Shown: piece after piece, positions 48,909 to 57,699 of the stretch | How positions within the stretch are numbered: position 1 is the first letter of the stretch | Layout: each line of letters opens with the position of its first letter | DNA from: Candidatus Eremiobacteria bacterium | GTDB lineage: Bacteria; Vulcanimicrobiota; Vulcanimicrobiia; Vulcanimicrobiales; Vulcanimicrobiaceae | Reading direction: 5' to 3' | Assembly (NCBI GenBank): GCA_963758295.1 | Contig: CAVWUU010000004.1 | Coordinates: forward strand, 256,001 to 320,000 | Length of the DNA: 64,000 nucleotides | The notes under the pieces: generated by a model | The model's input: the letters and a program-made list of their open reading frames with translations, nothing else | The model's database searches: none | What the model was told of the DNA's origin: nothing | Position numbers and translations under genes: made by a program

Positions 48909-49960
48909 ACCTTGCGGCGGCGTACGATTTCGAGCTTCCCGAGGACTTGATCGCTCAGCATCCGGCGGCGGAACGCGACGCGAGCCGCCTGATGGTGCTC
49001 GGCGACGATCGAATCGAACACCGAGTCTTTCGCGACATTCCGCACTACTTCCGAAGCGGCGACGTGCTCGTGTTGAACGAAACGCGAGTAATTGCCGCGC
49101 GTGTCTTTGGAACGCGTCCGCACACCGGCGGCCGCGTGGAAGTGCTTTTGCTGCATCCGGCTGAGTCAATGCGCTACGATCCCCTTGCAACGACGTGGAT
49201 CGCGTTGCTGCGGCCGGCGCGGCGGCTCAAAACCGGCGAACGCATCGCCTTCGCCGGCTTGGGAGAAGCCGTCGTCACAGCGGAGCTCGATGAAGGCCTG
49301 CGCGAGTTGCTCTTCGAGCTCGGCGTACCGTTCGAAACGTTCCTAGAGCAAGCCGGCCGCCTGCCGCTTCCCCCGTATATCCGTAACGATAGCGAAGAAG
49401 CGCAGGAACGCTATCAGACCGTCTTTGCGCGGACGCCGGGAAGTGTCGCGGCGCCGACGGCCTCGCTGCATTTTACGCCGCAACTCCTCGACGAGTTACA
49501 GGCACACGGAGTTGAACTGGTGCATTTGACTTTGGACGTTGGACTTGGGACGTTCCGCCCCATGAAGACCGAACGGCTTGACGAGCATACGATGCACGCC
49601 GAAAGTTACGAAATTCCGGTGACGACTGCCGACGCAATCGCCCGCGCAAAACGGGAAGGACGCCGGGTGATTGCGGCCGGAACGACGGTCATGCGGGCAC
49701 TGGAAGGCAATGCGGCGCGCCACGGGCACGTCGTCGCAGGAGAAGATGAAACCGATATTTTCATTCGCCCGGGGTTCGAATTTCAAGTCGTCGACGCGAT
49801 GATTACCAATTTCCATCTGCCCCAATCGACCTTGCTCGTGCTCGTGAGCGCGTTCGCCGGACGCGAGCGAATGCTGCATGCATATCGTGAAGCGGTCGAG
49901 CAGCGCTACCGGTTCTTTTCGTTCGGTGACGCGATGTTTCTGACGCGAGCGAAGCTGTAG
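48905..49960 (+). CDS. queA: S-adenosylmethionine:tRNA ribosyltransferase-isomerase
   Basis: YDFELPEDLIAQ (upstream of the track's start), PLPPYI, AAPTASLHFT, TNFHLPQSTL, YRFFSFGDAM. Confidence 0.95.
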   Translation: MNLAAAYDFELPEDLIAQHPAAERDASRLMVLGDDRIEHRVFRDIPHYFRSGDVLVLNETRVIAARVFGTRPHTGGRVEVLLLHPAESMRYDPLATTWIALLRPARRLKTGERIAFAGLGEAVVTAELDEGLRELLFELGVPFETFLEQAGRLPLPPYIRNDSEEAQERYQTVFARTPGSVAAPTASLHFTPQLLDELQAHGVELVHLTLDVGLGTFRPMKTERLDEHTMHAESYEIPVTTADAIARAKREGRRVIAAGTTVMRALEGNAARHGHVVAGEDETDIFIRPGFEFQVVDAMITNFHLPQSTLLVLVSAFAGRERMLHAYREAVEQRYRFFSFGDAMFLTRAKL

Positions 49961-49964
49961 CGCA

Positions 49965-50951
49965 ATGAAATACGTCGCAGTCGATGCGCCCGGTGACCCG
50001 TCGGTCTTGCGCGTCGCCGAAGGGCCGGTACCGGCACCAGAAGCCGGCGAAGTGCTGATTGAAGTCGAGGCGGCGGGCGTTACGCGCGCCGATACCATGC
50101 AGCGCGCCGGAAAGTATCCGCCACCGCCTGCTGCTTCGCCCGTTCTTGGACTGGAAGTCTCGGGCACCATTGCGAAGCTCGGCGAAGGCGTTACAAGGTT
50201 CGCGGAAGGCGACCGCGTCGTTGCGCTCGTCAACGGCGGAGGCTACGCCGAATACGCCACCGCGCCCGCGGGTCAAGTGCTGCCGTTGCCGGAGGAATGG
50301 TCGTTTGTCGAAGGAGCGACGCTGCCGGAAAATGCCTTTACCGTCTACGATAATCTAATCGTACGCGCCCGTTTAGCAAAAGATGACGTCGTGCTGATCC
50401 ATGGCGGAACGAGCGGCATTGGAACGACGGCGATCATGTTGGCGCGAGCGCTTAGTGCGCACGTTATTGCAACCGCCGGATCCCAGGAAAAGTGCGAGGC
50501 CATTCTCGCGCTCGGCGCGCAAGCCGCGATCGATTATAAGACAAGTGATTTCGTCGTGGACGTGAAAAAATATACGAACGACCGCGGCGTTGACGTCGTC
50601 TTGGACTTGGTCGGCGGCTCGTATCTCAACCGCGATCTTCAATGTCTTGCGATGGATGGCCGCATCGCTTGCATCGCAACTTCGGGCGGCATCGAGTCGA
50701 CAATCGACCTACGCCTCTTACTGCACCGGCGCGCTTCAATTCTCGGCTCCAGCCTTCGCCCTCGCACCGGCGCCGAAAAGGCTGAGATCGCCGCCGGATT
50801 GCTCGCCGACATCTGGCCTTTACTGCCGGCTCGCGATCTTATCCATCCCGTCGTCGATTCCGTTCTCACGTTTTCCGGCGCATCGCAGGCGCATGCCCGT
50901 CTGGAGAGCAGTGCTCACATTGGAAAAATCGTTTTGGTTCCCGGCCCGTGA
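49965..50951 (+). CDS. NAD(P)H-quinone oxidoreductase (PIG3/zeta-crystallin family)
   Basis: GKYPPPPAAS.VLGLEVSG, GGGYAEY, IHGGTSGIGT, HIGKIVL. Confidence 0.92.
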   Translation: MKYVAVDAPGDPSVLRVAEGPVPAPEAGEVLIEVEAAGVTRADTMQRAGKYPPPPAASPVLGLEVSGTIAKLGEGVTRFAEGDRVVALVNGGGYAEYATAPAGQVLPLPEEWSFVEGATLPENAFTVYDNLIVRARLAKDDVVLIHGGTSGIGTTAIMLARALSAHVIATAGSQEKCEAILALGAQAAIDYKTSDFVVDVKKYTNDRGVDVVLDLVGGSYLNRDLQCLAMDGRIACIATSGGIESTIDLRLLLHRRASILGSSLRPRTGAEKAEIAAGLLADIWPLLPARDLIHPVVDSVLTFSGASQAHARLESSAHIGKIVLVPGP

Positions 50952-51013
50952 TAAGAGCCGCGCGACGCCGATTAGCAATGCGCAATGTGCGCCGCTTGGC
51001 CCATCCCTATTAT

Positions 51014-51133
51014 GAACCGCAGGCTCGCTAACGCAGACGAGTTGAAACCGAGCGAGCATGGAGGAAGTTGGTAGTAGAAGTTCCCAATGCAACAAGTCGT
51101 ACTCTTACGGTTCTCTTTAGAAAGTGAAAGGGC
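51014..51133 (+). ncRNA. Candidate cis-regulatory structured RNA in the SOD leader
   Basis: Nested stems GAACCG/CGGTTC, GCTCGCT/AGCGAGC, GCATGG-GGAA/TTCC-CAATGC, AAG/CTT, followed by a CTCTTT/AAAGGG hairpin over the SD. Confidence 0.45.
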
Positions 51134-51135
51134 TC

Positions 51136-51723
51136 ATGAACGTCTATACGCCGAAGAAGTGGGATCTATCGGGCCTGCAAGGGATTTCCGATGAAACTCT
51201 CCAGATTCACTTCGGCCTGTACGAAGGCTACGTGAAGAACACCAACACGCTCAACGAACGCATTACCGAACTACGCCAGTCCGGAAAGGCGTCGGGCGCG
51301 GATCCGGCCTATGCGGAACTCGTCCGCCGTTTGGGTTGGGAGTTCGACGGCATGCGTCTCCACGAATATTACTTCGATAATCTTACGAAGTCGGCGTCGG
51401 CGCTAAGTTCGGGCAAGCTCTACGACACGCTGGGCGAGCAATACGGCGGGTTCGATACCTGGAAGAAAGATTTCGCTGCCGTCGGCGGCATGCGAGGCAT
51501 CGGCTGGGCGGTGGCGTACCACGACCCGGTCGCCAAGCAAATTGTAAACGTATGGATTGGCGATCACAACGTCAATAATCTTGCGGGATGCGAGCCGGTC
51601 CTGGTGATGGATCTGTGGGAACACGCGTGGTTTCGCGATTACAAGCCCGCCGATAAAGGCAAGTACATCGAAGCATTCCTTGCCAACGTCGACTGGAAAG
51701 CGGCCGAAGCGCGCCTTCCGTGA
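51136..51723 (+). CDS. Fe/Mn superoxide dismutase family protein (atypical, ChrC-like)
   Basis: GISDETLQIHFGLYEGYV, MRLHEYYF, RGIGW, MDLWEHAW. Confidence 0.85.
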   Translation: MNVYTPKKWDLSGLQGISDETLQIHFGLYEGYVKNTNTLNERITELRQSGKASGADPAYAELVRRLGWEFDGMRLHEYYFDNLTKSASALSSGKLYDTLGEQYGGFDTWKKDFAAVGGMRGIGWAVAYHDPVAKQIVNVWIGDHNVNNLAGCEPVLVMDLWEHAWFRDYKPADKGKYIEAFLANVDWKAAEARLP

Positions 51724-51726
51724 ATT

Positions 51727-51752
51727 GTTGACTCACGTCGGTTTTCGGGTAG
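51727..51752 (+). promoter_or_regulatory. Candidate SigB/SigF-type promoter GTTG-N16-GGGTAG
   Basis: Ends 9 nt before ATG 51762, the same geometry as 30020-30044. Confidence 0.45.
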
Positions 51753-51761
51753 AACGCTCGC

Positions 51762-51956
51762 ATGGACCAGGAACGTACGAAGACGCCAGGCGAGCGTGGC
51801 GAGATCGCCAAGGAAGTCGAACGTAAGGACCAAGAGATGTACGAGCAAGAGCGACGCGGCGAGAAATCGCACGATAAGCTCAAAGGCTACGACAAGACGG
51901 ACGCCGACTCGTTTCCCGCGAGCGATCCGCCACCGGCACAATCGACAACGGAATAA
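51762..51956 (+). CDS. Small hydrophilic protein with SFPASDPP motif
   Basis: DSFPASDPP is a recurrent motif in small uncharacterised bacterial proteins; followed by a terminator. Confidence 0.75.
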   Translation: MDQERTKTPGERGEIAKEVERKDQEMYEQERRGEKSHDKLKGYDKTDADSFPASDPPPAQSTTE

Positions 51957-51990
51957 AAAGAAGGGACGGCGTTATGCCGTCCCTTTCGTT
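51955..51990. terminator. Bidirectional intrinsic terminator
   Basis: AAGGGACGGC-gttat-GCCGTCCCTT with A-run upstream and T-rich downstream, between convergent genes. Confidence 0.8.
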
Positions 51991-53467
51991 ATGCGTGGGG
52001 TTCGGCTAAAATCGTGCGCGGGTTCGTGTACCAAACAAGACCCGGCGGCGCATTTTTCTGCGCGCGAACGTATTTGCGCTGCGTATAGTCAATGGGCACC
52101 TTGCCCGATGTCTTCGCTTTCGAGAACGAGGCCGCAAGCGCAGCCGCTCGTGCGATATCTTCCTCCGGCGGCTCCGTTCGGTCGTCGCGTTGCAGAATAA
52201 CGTGCGCGCCGGGGATATTCTGTGCGTGAAACCACAGATCGTTGGGGCGAGCTATGCGAAAAGTTAAATCGGCATTTTCGCTCGGCGAGCGTCCGACGAG
52301 AATACGGGAGCCGCTATCGGTTCGGAATTCGAGCGGTGCGCGTTTGCGTCGTTTCGCATGCACGGCGGAGCGTTGATGTTTCGGTTCCAAATGTGCGACC
52401 GCGGCGGCCACGTCGTCGAGGTCGTGGTCTTCAGCGCGCTCGGTTTCCCACCGAAGTTCTTCGATTGCGCGCTGCGACTCCCGCAACGTGGTTTCACGCT
52501 CGTCTAAGTGCGGGAGCGTGTTTCCGAGTTTCTTGTATTCGGCGAAGAGCTTCGTCGCGCGGTCTTTGGCGTCGTCGCGAGACGTTTCGTCCAACTCGTG
52601 CAGAGTCGCGTAGATGGCTTCGCCTTCCTCACGCATCGTCTCACGACCGGCGGCTTTGCGCCGCTTCGAGTCAATTGACGCGAGTTCGTCGTGAATCTTG
52701 CGTTCGCGGTCCTTTAGACGCTTGAGTAACGCATTGCGCCGCTCGGCGGTACGGCGGCGTTCGCCGGTGCCGATTTTCTGCTCGCGAAAATCATGAAGCG
52801 CGTCGAGCAGCGAATCGGCCTGAGCAACCTCCGCGCCGGCAAACCGGTCGAGCGCAAATGGATACGCTTGCTGAAGCTCAGCGTCAACGCGATAAAGAAA
52901 CAGCGGTGCGTGCATCGCTTCGTCGTTCCGGGAGTCGTCTGCCGGCAGCGTTCCGGCAAGCGAAGCACGTTCGGCCAGCGGCGGCGGCTGGTAAGGCATG
53001 CCGGCTTCAACGGCGCGCGTTCCGTTTTGTGCGAGCGAAAATTCCTTTGCTGCAGCGACGACGCGGTCGCCTTTGACGAGGATGATGTTGCCGAAGCGCG
53101 GCACAAGTTCCACGTAAAGATCCACTTGATCGCCAACGCCGAAGCGCGAACGCGCTCCGAACGTCAGGCGTATCAGGCGGTCGCCCTTGCGCGATTTCGC
53201 GGCAAGCAACACCGTGCCGCGCAACGCCGCTCCGGTAGCGCGAATGAAACCCGGTTCCGCAGCGATCGGCAGTTCGCCATCCTCCACTGTGAGAAGCGGA
53301 GGCGACCCGAATACGTCGATGCACAAGAGGTAGGTCGTCCCGCGCGCCCAAAGCGCGACGGCGGTGCGGCCGTCCGGAAGCAGGCCGACATCGCGCACTT
53401 TCGCGCCGCGAAAGCGCGCCTCGATCTCGAACGCCATGCGGCGCACCAATAGCCAATCCGTCAGCAT
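51989..53467 (-). CDS. rqcH: NFACT family ribosome quality control protein (RqcH/FbpA)
   Basis: DRLIRLTF, VELVPRFGNIILV, ILVGRSPSENADLT, DLWFHAQNIPGAHVIL, IDYTQRKYV...PPGLVWY. Confidence 0.88.
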   Translation of the reverse strand: MLTDWLLVRRMAFEIEARFRGAKVRDVGLLPDGRTAVALWARGTTYLLCIDVFGSPPLLTVEDGELPIAAEPGFIRATGAALRGTVLLAAKSRKGDRLIRLTFGARSRFGVGDQVDLYVELVPRFGNIILVKGDRVVAAAKEFSLAQNGTRAVEAGMPYQPPPLAERASLAGTLPADDSRNDEAMHAPLFLYRVDAELQQAYPFALDRFAGAEVAQADSLLDALHDFREQKIGTGERRRTAERRNALLKRLKDRERKIHDELASIDSKRRKAAGRETMREEGEAIYATLHELDETSRDDAKDRATKLFAEYKKLGNTLPHLDERETTLRESQRAIEELRWETERAEDHDLDDVAAAVAHLEPKHQRSAVHAKRRKRAPLEFRTDSGSRILVGRSPSENADLTFRIARPNDLWFHAQNIPGAHVILQRDDRTEPPEEDIARAAALAASFSKAKTSGKVPIDYTQRKYVRAQKNAPPGLVWYTNPRTILAEPHA

Positions 53468-53508
53468 GGTTTCCGGAGCGTTCGGCGTCGAGGCTCCATC
53501 TCACTGGC

Positions 53509-53973
53509 TTAGAACGAGATTGTGACGGTTACGGAGTCGCTGTAGGAGCCGACGTTAGCGTCTTGACCCGACGGCAGTTCGCCGTAAAACGGAATGCTGT
53601 TTCTACTGTTCTTCGAACCCGTCGTGGCCGAATAGTTTACGGTCCCGCCGGTTCCGTCGCCGAAGACCTGGGAGTAGGCCGCGTCGTAGTAGATGTTATA
53701 GGCCAAGTAATCCGCGCCGCCGGCGAGTTTCATTCGCCGTTGGCCGAACGCCGGGGAATACGAGCCCATATCTAGATCTACGGTAACGGAGACGTTTTTC
53801 GCGTTGCACGAGAAGGTGATGGAGCCGCCGCCGACTTGAACCGGCGTCAACGAATACGGGTTATAGGTTCCAAACGGCAGCGAGGAAACCGTTGAGAACG
53901 AGCAACTTGGCGCCGCCATGACGCGGGATGCCGTTAGTGCGAATAAAATCGCCGCAAGCGCTATTTTGCGCAC
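53509..53973 (-). CDS. Csu-type pilin (spore coat U domain), minor or tip subunit
   Basis: Signal peptide; CSFS...FGTYNP...ITFSC; LAYNIY; YGELPSGQ...GSYSDSVTVTISF. Confidence 0.85.
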   Translation of the reverse strand: MRKIALAAILFALTASRVMAAPSCSFSTVSSLPFGTYNPYSLTPVQVGGGSITFSCNAKNVSVTVDLDMGSYSPAFGQRRMKLAGGADYLAYNIYYDAAYSQVFGDGTGGTVNYSATTGSKNSRNSIPFYGELPSGQDANVGSYSDSVTVTISF

Positions 53974-56270
53974 GTCACCGTGCCAAGGGACTGTTGCACG
54001 CGTGTTAAAACCGGAACGTCGATCGTAAACCCGCAACTTCCCGCGTTATCAGCCGCAACAGCTTGATACGTTCCGCGCGGAAGGTTTGAGAAATAGAACC
54101 GGCCGCTTTCATCGGTCGGCGAGGAATACGTGCGGCCATGCCAGGTGATTTGCAGCTCGCCGTACGCGAACGCTCGGCCGTCACGCCGAACCACGTTGCC
54201 CGTTAATCCGCGTTCAAGGCTTCCGTGATAGCGGACGACACCGGCGCCGTGATATGCCGGTTGAACGCCCTGATCTTCTCCGGTAAGTGTTTGATCGAAG
54301 GAGAACGTGTCGTCGGCCAACGACACGCGGTTCACTTCGTACGACGCGAGAAACGGCACGACGGCATACCCATCGGCATTCGTTCGACCGGCGTACCGGT
54401 TATTGAGGTATATGGGCGCGTTGCCCGCGCCGGGAGCCTCAACAAGCGCATAAGCATCCGGCACGGCCTGCGAGAAAAGCGTATGGCCGTCGATGCGCTC
54501 CAGAGCACCGGACACGTCCACGCTGTCGCTGAGCGGCAGATGGCCGAAACCGCCGCTCTGCTGCAAAGAAACCGCGGCAAAGGGCAGTCCGAAGCGCGCG
54601 GCACTGCCGACCGGCGAAGCACCGTACGGGCCCGCAGCTATGCTGTAACTCGTATCGAACGGCGTCGACGGCGCGTGAACGATCTGCGTAACGGTACCCG
54701 CCGTAGATCCGGCGTCAACTTCGGCCGTCGCCACGGTCGACGCGTCGATGGGAAATCCGAGCAACAGCGAGAGGCTGCGCTGTGGTCCGTCGCCCGAAGA
54801 TTCAGCTTCGGCTGCGGAGAGCGAAACGGTCATTTTTCCCATGCGGCGCGACAGATTGACGGCCACCTGCCGGAAGTTGCCGCTGTCGCGATAGCGAGCA
54901 ACTTGCGTAGTGAGCGAGAGGGATGTGTCTGCGGAGAGCCGCCGCGATCCCGATCCGTCGAATTCGAAGAGGGCCCGGTCGTCGGCGACGTGCTGGCTTA
55001 GATTCGTATAGAACGGCGATTGCGCGCGGGCAACGAGGGAGAATCCGCTGGTGATTCCGCTGCTGCTGTAACCGATGGAAAGCGCATCGCCGCGACGGCC
55101 ATCGCTTTGGCTTTGAGCGACGGCGACATGCACGTCGGCAAAACGCAGGATGCCGTCGTAGTTCAATCCCGCGCTTAGGACGTTCGCGCCCGTCTCGATT
55201 CTGGCGCCGGCGGTGGACCAATTCGACAAGCCGATTCGATAGCTTCCGAGCGCCGCTGCCGGGCCGTATCCGTCGCCGGTCGATTCCAGATCGTGACGAT
55301 CCGCCCCGATCGCGTAATCGTAATCCGTCAAACCTTTGCGTAAGAGCGCGGCCGATCCATAGAGGGTCGCATCAAAAAGCGTTTGTGCGCCGAAACCGTT
55401 GCGCAGAACAACCTGCGCACGATCGATTCCCTCGTGAATTGGGAGATCGTTTAAGTTGTATTGCCCGGGCGGAAGGTCGATGGTCTTAACCACCGCGCCG
55501 TTGACGATGATATCGGCTTCCGAAGGTTCCAAGACGGAAGCGGTCACCGATGGAAGCGGAAACGTGGCCACGTATGGATTCGTCGAAAATGCGCGTTGTA
55601 CGGTGATCCCGCCAAGAATGGCGCTTCCGCCCAGATCGCCGGTTCCCGCAAAGGCGTCGCCGACGATCGTGCGTCGCAGCCGCTGCGGCGAATCGATAGT
55701 TACGTCGGTGAGGCCGCGTTGGAGCGTTCCGTCGAACGAACGGCCGACGGTGTCGTCAACGACGGCGCCATTCGTCAAGTTCAAACGCTGCTCGATGCTT
55801 CCCGTCCATGGCGTACCGCTCGCGGCGCGGACGTCGTAGTTCAACACGAGGCCGGCAGTCGACGCGGGCGCAATGGTTGAATCGCTTGCCAGGCTGACGG
55901 TTTCGTGCTTCAGCGCCTTCGCGGCAAGCCGTATAGCAAGCTGCAGCTTCGGCAGATCGACTTTGTAGGTCAGCGTGTCGGCTAGCGCCGACAAGGCGAC
56001 ATAGGGCCTGGAGTGAAGCGTTTCCGTAGTTTTCCCGGTCGCATCTACGCCGGCTGCACGAAGATCGTCCGCCGCCACCAAGACGTCGCTCCCGCGCAGA
56101 ACGACCAGTACCGAGTCATGCGCGACGCCGTTCACGGAGAGATCCATGTACACGCTGTCCGTTGCGGCGCGCGCGGGCAGCATCAAAAAAGCAAAAGCTA
56201 CCGCCGGCACCACAATCACGGCGGCGAGGTATCGGAAGAGTTCTTTGAGCTGCGCTACGTTTACCGGCAC
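53961..56270 (-). CDS. Fimbrial outer-membrane usher (CsuD-like)
   Basis: LSVNG, LVLNYD, LLRKGLTDYDY, GRTNADG..VVP.L.SY..N, C-terminal Cys pair; start approximate. Confidence 0.88.
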   Translation of the reverse strand: MPVNVAQLKELFRYLAAVIVVPAVAFAFLMLPARAATDSVYMDLSVNGVAHDSVLVVLRGSDVLVAADDLRAAGVDATGKTTETLHSRPYVALSALADTLTYKVDLPKLQLAIRLAAKALKHETVSLASDSTIAPASTAGLVLNYDVRAASGTPWTGSIEQRLNLTNGAVVDDTVGRSFDGTLQRGLTDVTIDSPQRLRRTIVGDAFAGTGDLGGSAILGGITVQRAFSTNPYVATFPLPSVTASVLEPSEADIIVNGAVVKTIDLPPGQYNLNDLPIHEGIDRAQVVLRNGFGAQTLFDATLYGSAALLRKGLTDYDYAIGADRHDLESTGDGYGPAAALGSYRIGLSNWSTAGARIETGANVLSAGLNYDGILRFADVHVAVAQSQSDGRRGDALSIGYSSSGITSGFSLVARAQSPFYTNLSQHVADDRALFEFDGSGSRRLSADTSLSLTTQVARYRDSGNFRQVAVNLSRRMGKMTVSLSAAEAESSGDGPQRSLSLLLGFPIDASTVATAEVDAGSTAGTVTQIVHAPSTPFDTSYSIAAGPYGASPVGSAARFGLPFAAVSLQQSGGFGHLPLSDSVDVSGALERIDGHTLFSQAVPDAYALVEAPGAGNAPIYLNNRYAGRTNADGYAVVPFLASYEVNRVSLADDTFSFDQTLTGEDQGVQPAYHGAGVVRYHGSLERGLTGNVVRRDGRAFAYGELQITWHGRTYSSPTDESGRFYFSNLPRGTYQAVAADNAGSCGFTIDVPVLTRVQQSLGTVTCAK

Positions 56271-57016
56271 GACCCGGGCGACAGCTTCACCGCTTGCGTC
56301 ACGGTTTGTCCGCCGGCATTCCACGATATCTGCGCAGAACTCGCGCGGCTGCATGCCGATGGCGGAAGAGGCAGCTTGGCGTTTTGGCTGCTGCCGGCGA
56401 GCACGTACCAGACGCCGGCGGTGCCCGTCCAAATTCGAGAACCGGAGGCATCGCGAAGCGCAACGTCTACGTGCGACGGCGCTACGTGTTCCGTTCCGGC
56501 GTTACCAAGGGTTAGGAATGCGCTTGCGTGAGACACTTCGGCGTGGTTGACGCGCGGAGCGGCCGCTGCGGCCGCCGAGGCAGGTTGGAAGACCGGAATG
56601 TCCATGCGCGAGAGAATCAGCAAATGCTGGCCCGCCGCAGCTCGCGGGTCGAACGGCGGGAGTTCCGTTATGAAAAGCCGGTATGCGCGTTCGGTGGAAG
56701 CCGGCGTCGCCGTTATCCCGACGCGGATGCGCTGAGAAGCGCCGGCATCAAGCGAAAAAACCTGCGGAAAATAAACGATATCGTCGCTCGCAGTTTTGAT
56801 TTCGCGCGCTTGGGGCGTTTGCGACCACGCGAACGCGCTTACAGAAAAGCGTATAGCTTCTTGGCTGGTATTGGTCACCGTGACGTCTCCAAATTTGGTT
56901 ATCGTCAAAGAGAGCGGCGACATTTGAAAAGTGGCCGCCCGCGCGGTGAGCGGAGAAGCGAGCGCTATAAAAAGCGACAGGCCCGCCAGGAAACGGCGGG
57001 CTCGCGAGAAGTTCAT
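56261..57016 (-). CDS. Periplasmic pilus chaperone (PapD/CsuC-like)
   Basis: VTVTN, FAWSQ, FPQVFSL...QRIRVG, ERAYRLFITELP, IPVF, NAGTEH, YVLAG. Confidence 0.88.
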   Translation of the reverse strand: MNFSRARRFLAGLSLFIALASPLTARAATFQMSPLSLTITKFGDVTVTNTSQEAIRFSVSAFAWSQTPQAREIKTASDDIVYFPQVFSLDAGASQRIRVGITATPASTERAYRLFITELPPFDPRAAAGQHLLILSRMDIPVFQPASAAAAAAPRVNHAEVSHASAFLTLGNAGTEHVAPSHVDVALRDASGSRIWTGTAGVWYVLAGSSQNAKLPLPPSACSRASSAQISWNAGGQTVTQAVKLSPGSCR

Positions 57017-57023
57017 GGATCCT

Positions 57024-57533
57024 CTAGAAACTTGCGGTTGCGACTACCGTGTCCGAGTATGATCCGGTGTTGCTATCCTGGCCTGCCGGAATTGTCGCAT
57101 AAATGTTAACCGTTCCGGCCGCTTTCCCCGCAGAGGAGTAGCTAACGCTGTTCGACGCGCTCCAGACGGTCGAACGAGCGGCCGTCGTGTAAAGCTCGTA
57201 GGAGAGGTAGTTCGATCCGGAGATCATCGCGCGCGTCGTGCCGGTTGCGTGTGAAGCGTTCAAGCCGGTATCCAGCGTGATCGTCGCTACGGTGCCTTTC
57301 GTACAGGCAATCGAAAGCGTTCCGGTTACCGAATCGGCGGTTGAGAGATTTGCGACCAGCGGGTCGTACGTGCCGAAGGGAACGGACGCGGCGCCCATCG
57401 TGCAATTCGTGTTGATCGTCGCGCTCACCGCGACGTTCGTGGTGACGGTGGAGGCGTTCGCCGGGAGCGACGCCGCTACGGCGATCAGACCCAACGTGGC
57501 GACGGCGATGATACGGCGGCTTCCCTTGAACAA
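57024..57533 (-). CDS. Csu-type major pilin (spore coat U domain)
   Basis: TTG start with SD AAGGAG; NCTM...FGTYDP...IACTKG; LSYELY; GSYSDTVVAT. Confidence 0.88.
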   Translation of the reverse strand: MFKGSRRIIAVATLGLIAVAASLPANASTVTTNVAVSATINTNCTMGAASVPFGTYDPLVANLSTADSVTGTLSIACTKGTVATITLDTGLNASHATGTTRAMISGSNYLSYELYTTAARSTVWSASNSVSYSSAGKAAGTVNIYATIPAGQDSNTGSYSDTVVATASF

Positions 57534-57568
57534 CGTTTTCTCTCCTTACGTGCGTAGCAACCACGCAC

Positions 57569-57598
57569 ACTATAGCTACGTGCGCGCATTGACAGCAA
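57569..57598 (-). promoter_or_regulatory. Candidate sigma70-type promoter of the pilus operon (TTGCTG-N18-TATAGT)
   Basis: Minus-strand hexamers about 35 nt upstream of the pilin start, followed by a GTGCGTGG/CTACGCAC hairpin. Confidence 0.5.
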
Positions 57599-57699
57599 GC
57601 GATATTTAAGCGAAGAACGCAAGCTTTACGGCACCCAATCGTGAGCTATACATTCTTAATGAAATGCTCAGAAGAGCCGGCGTTTTTGTAAAGCGCGCT

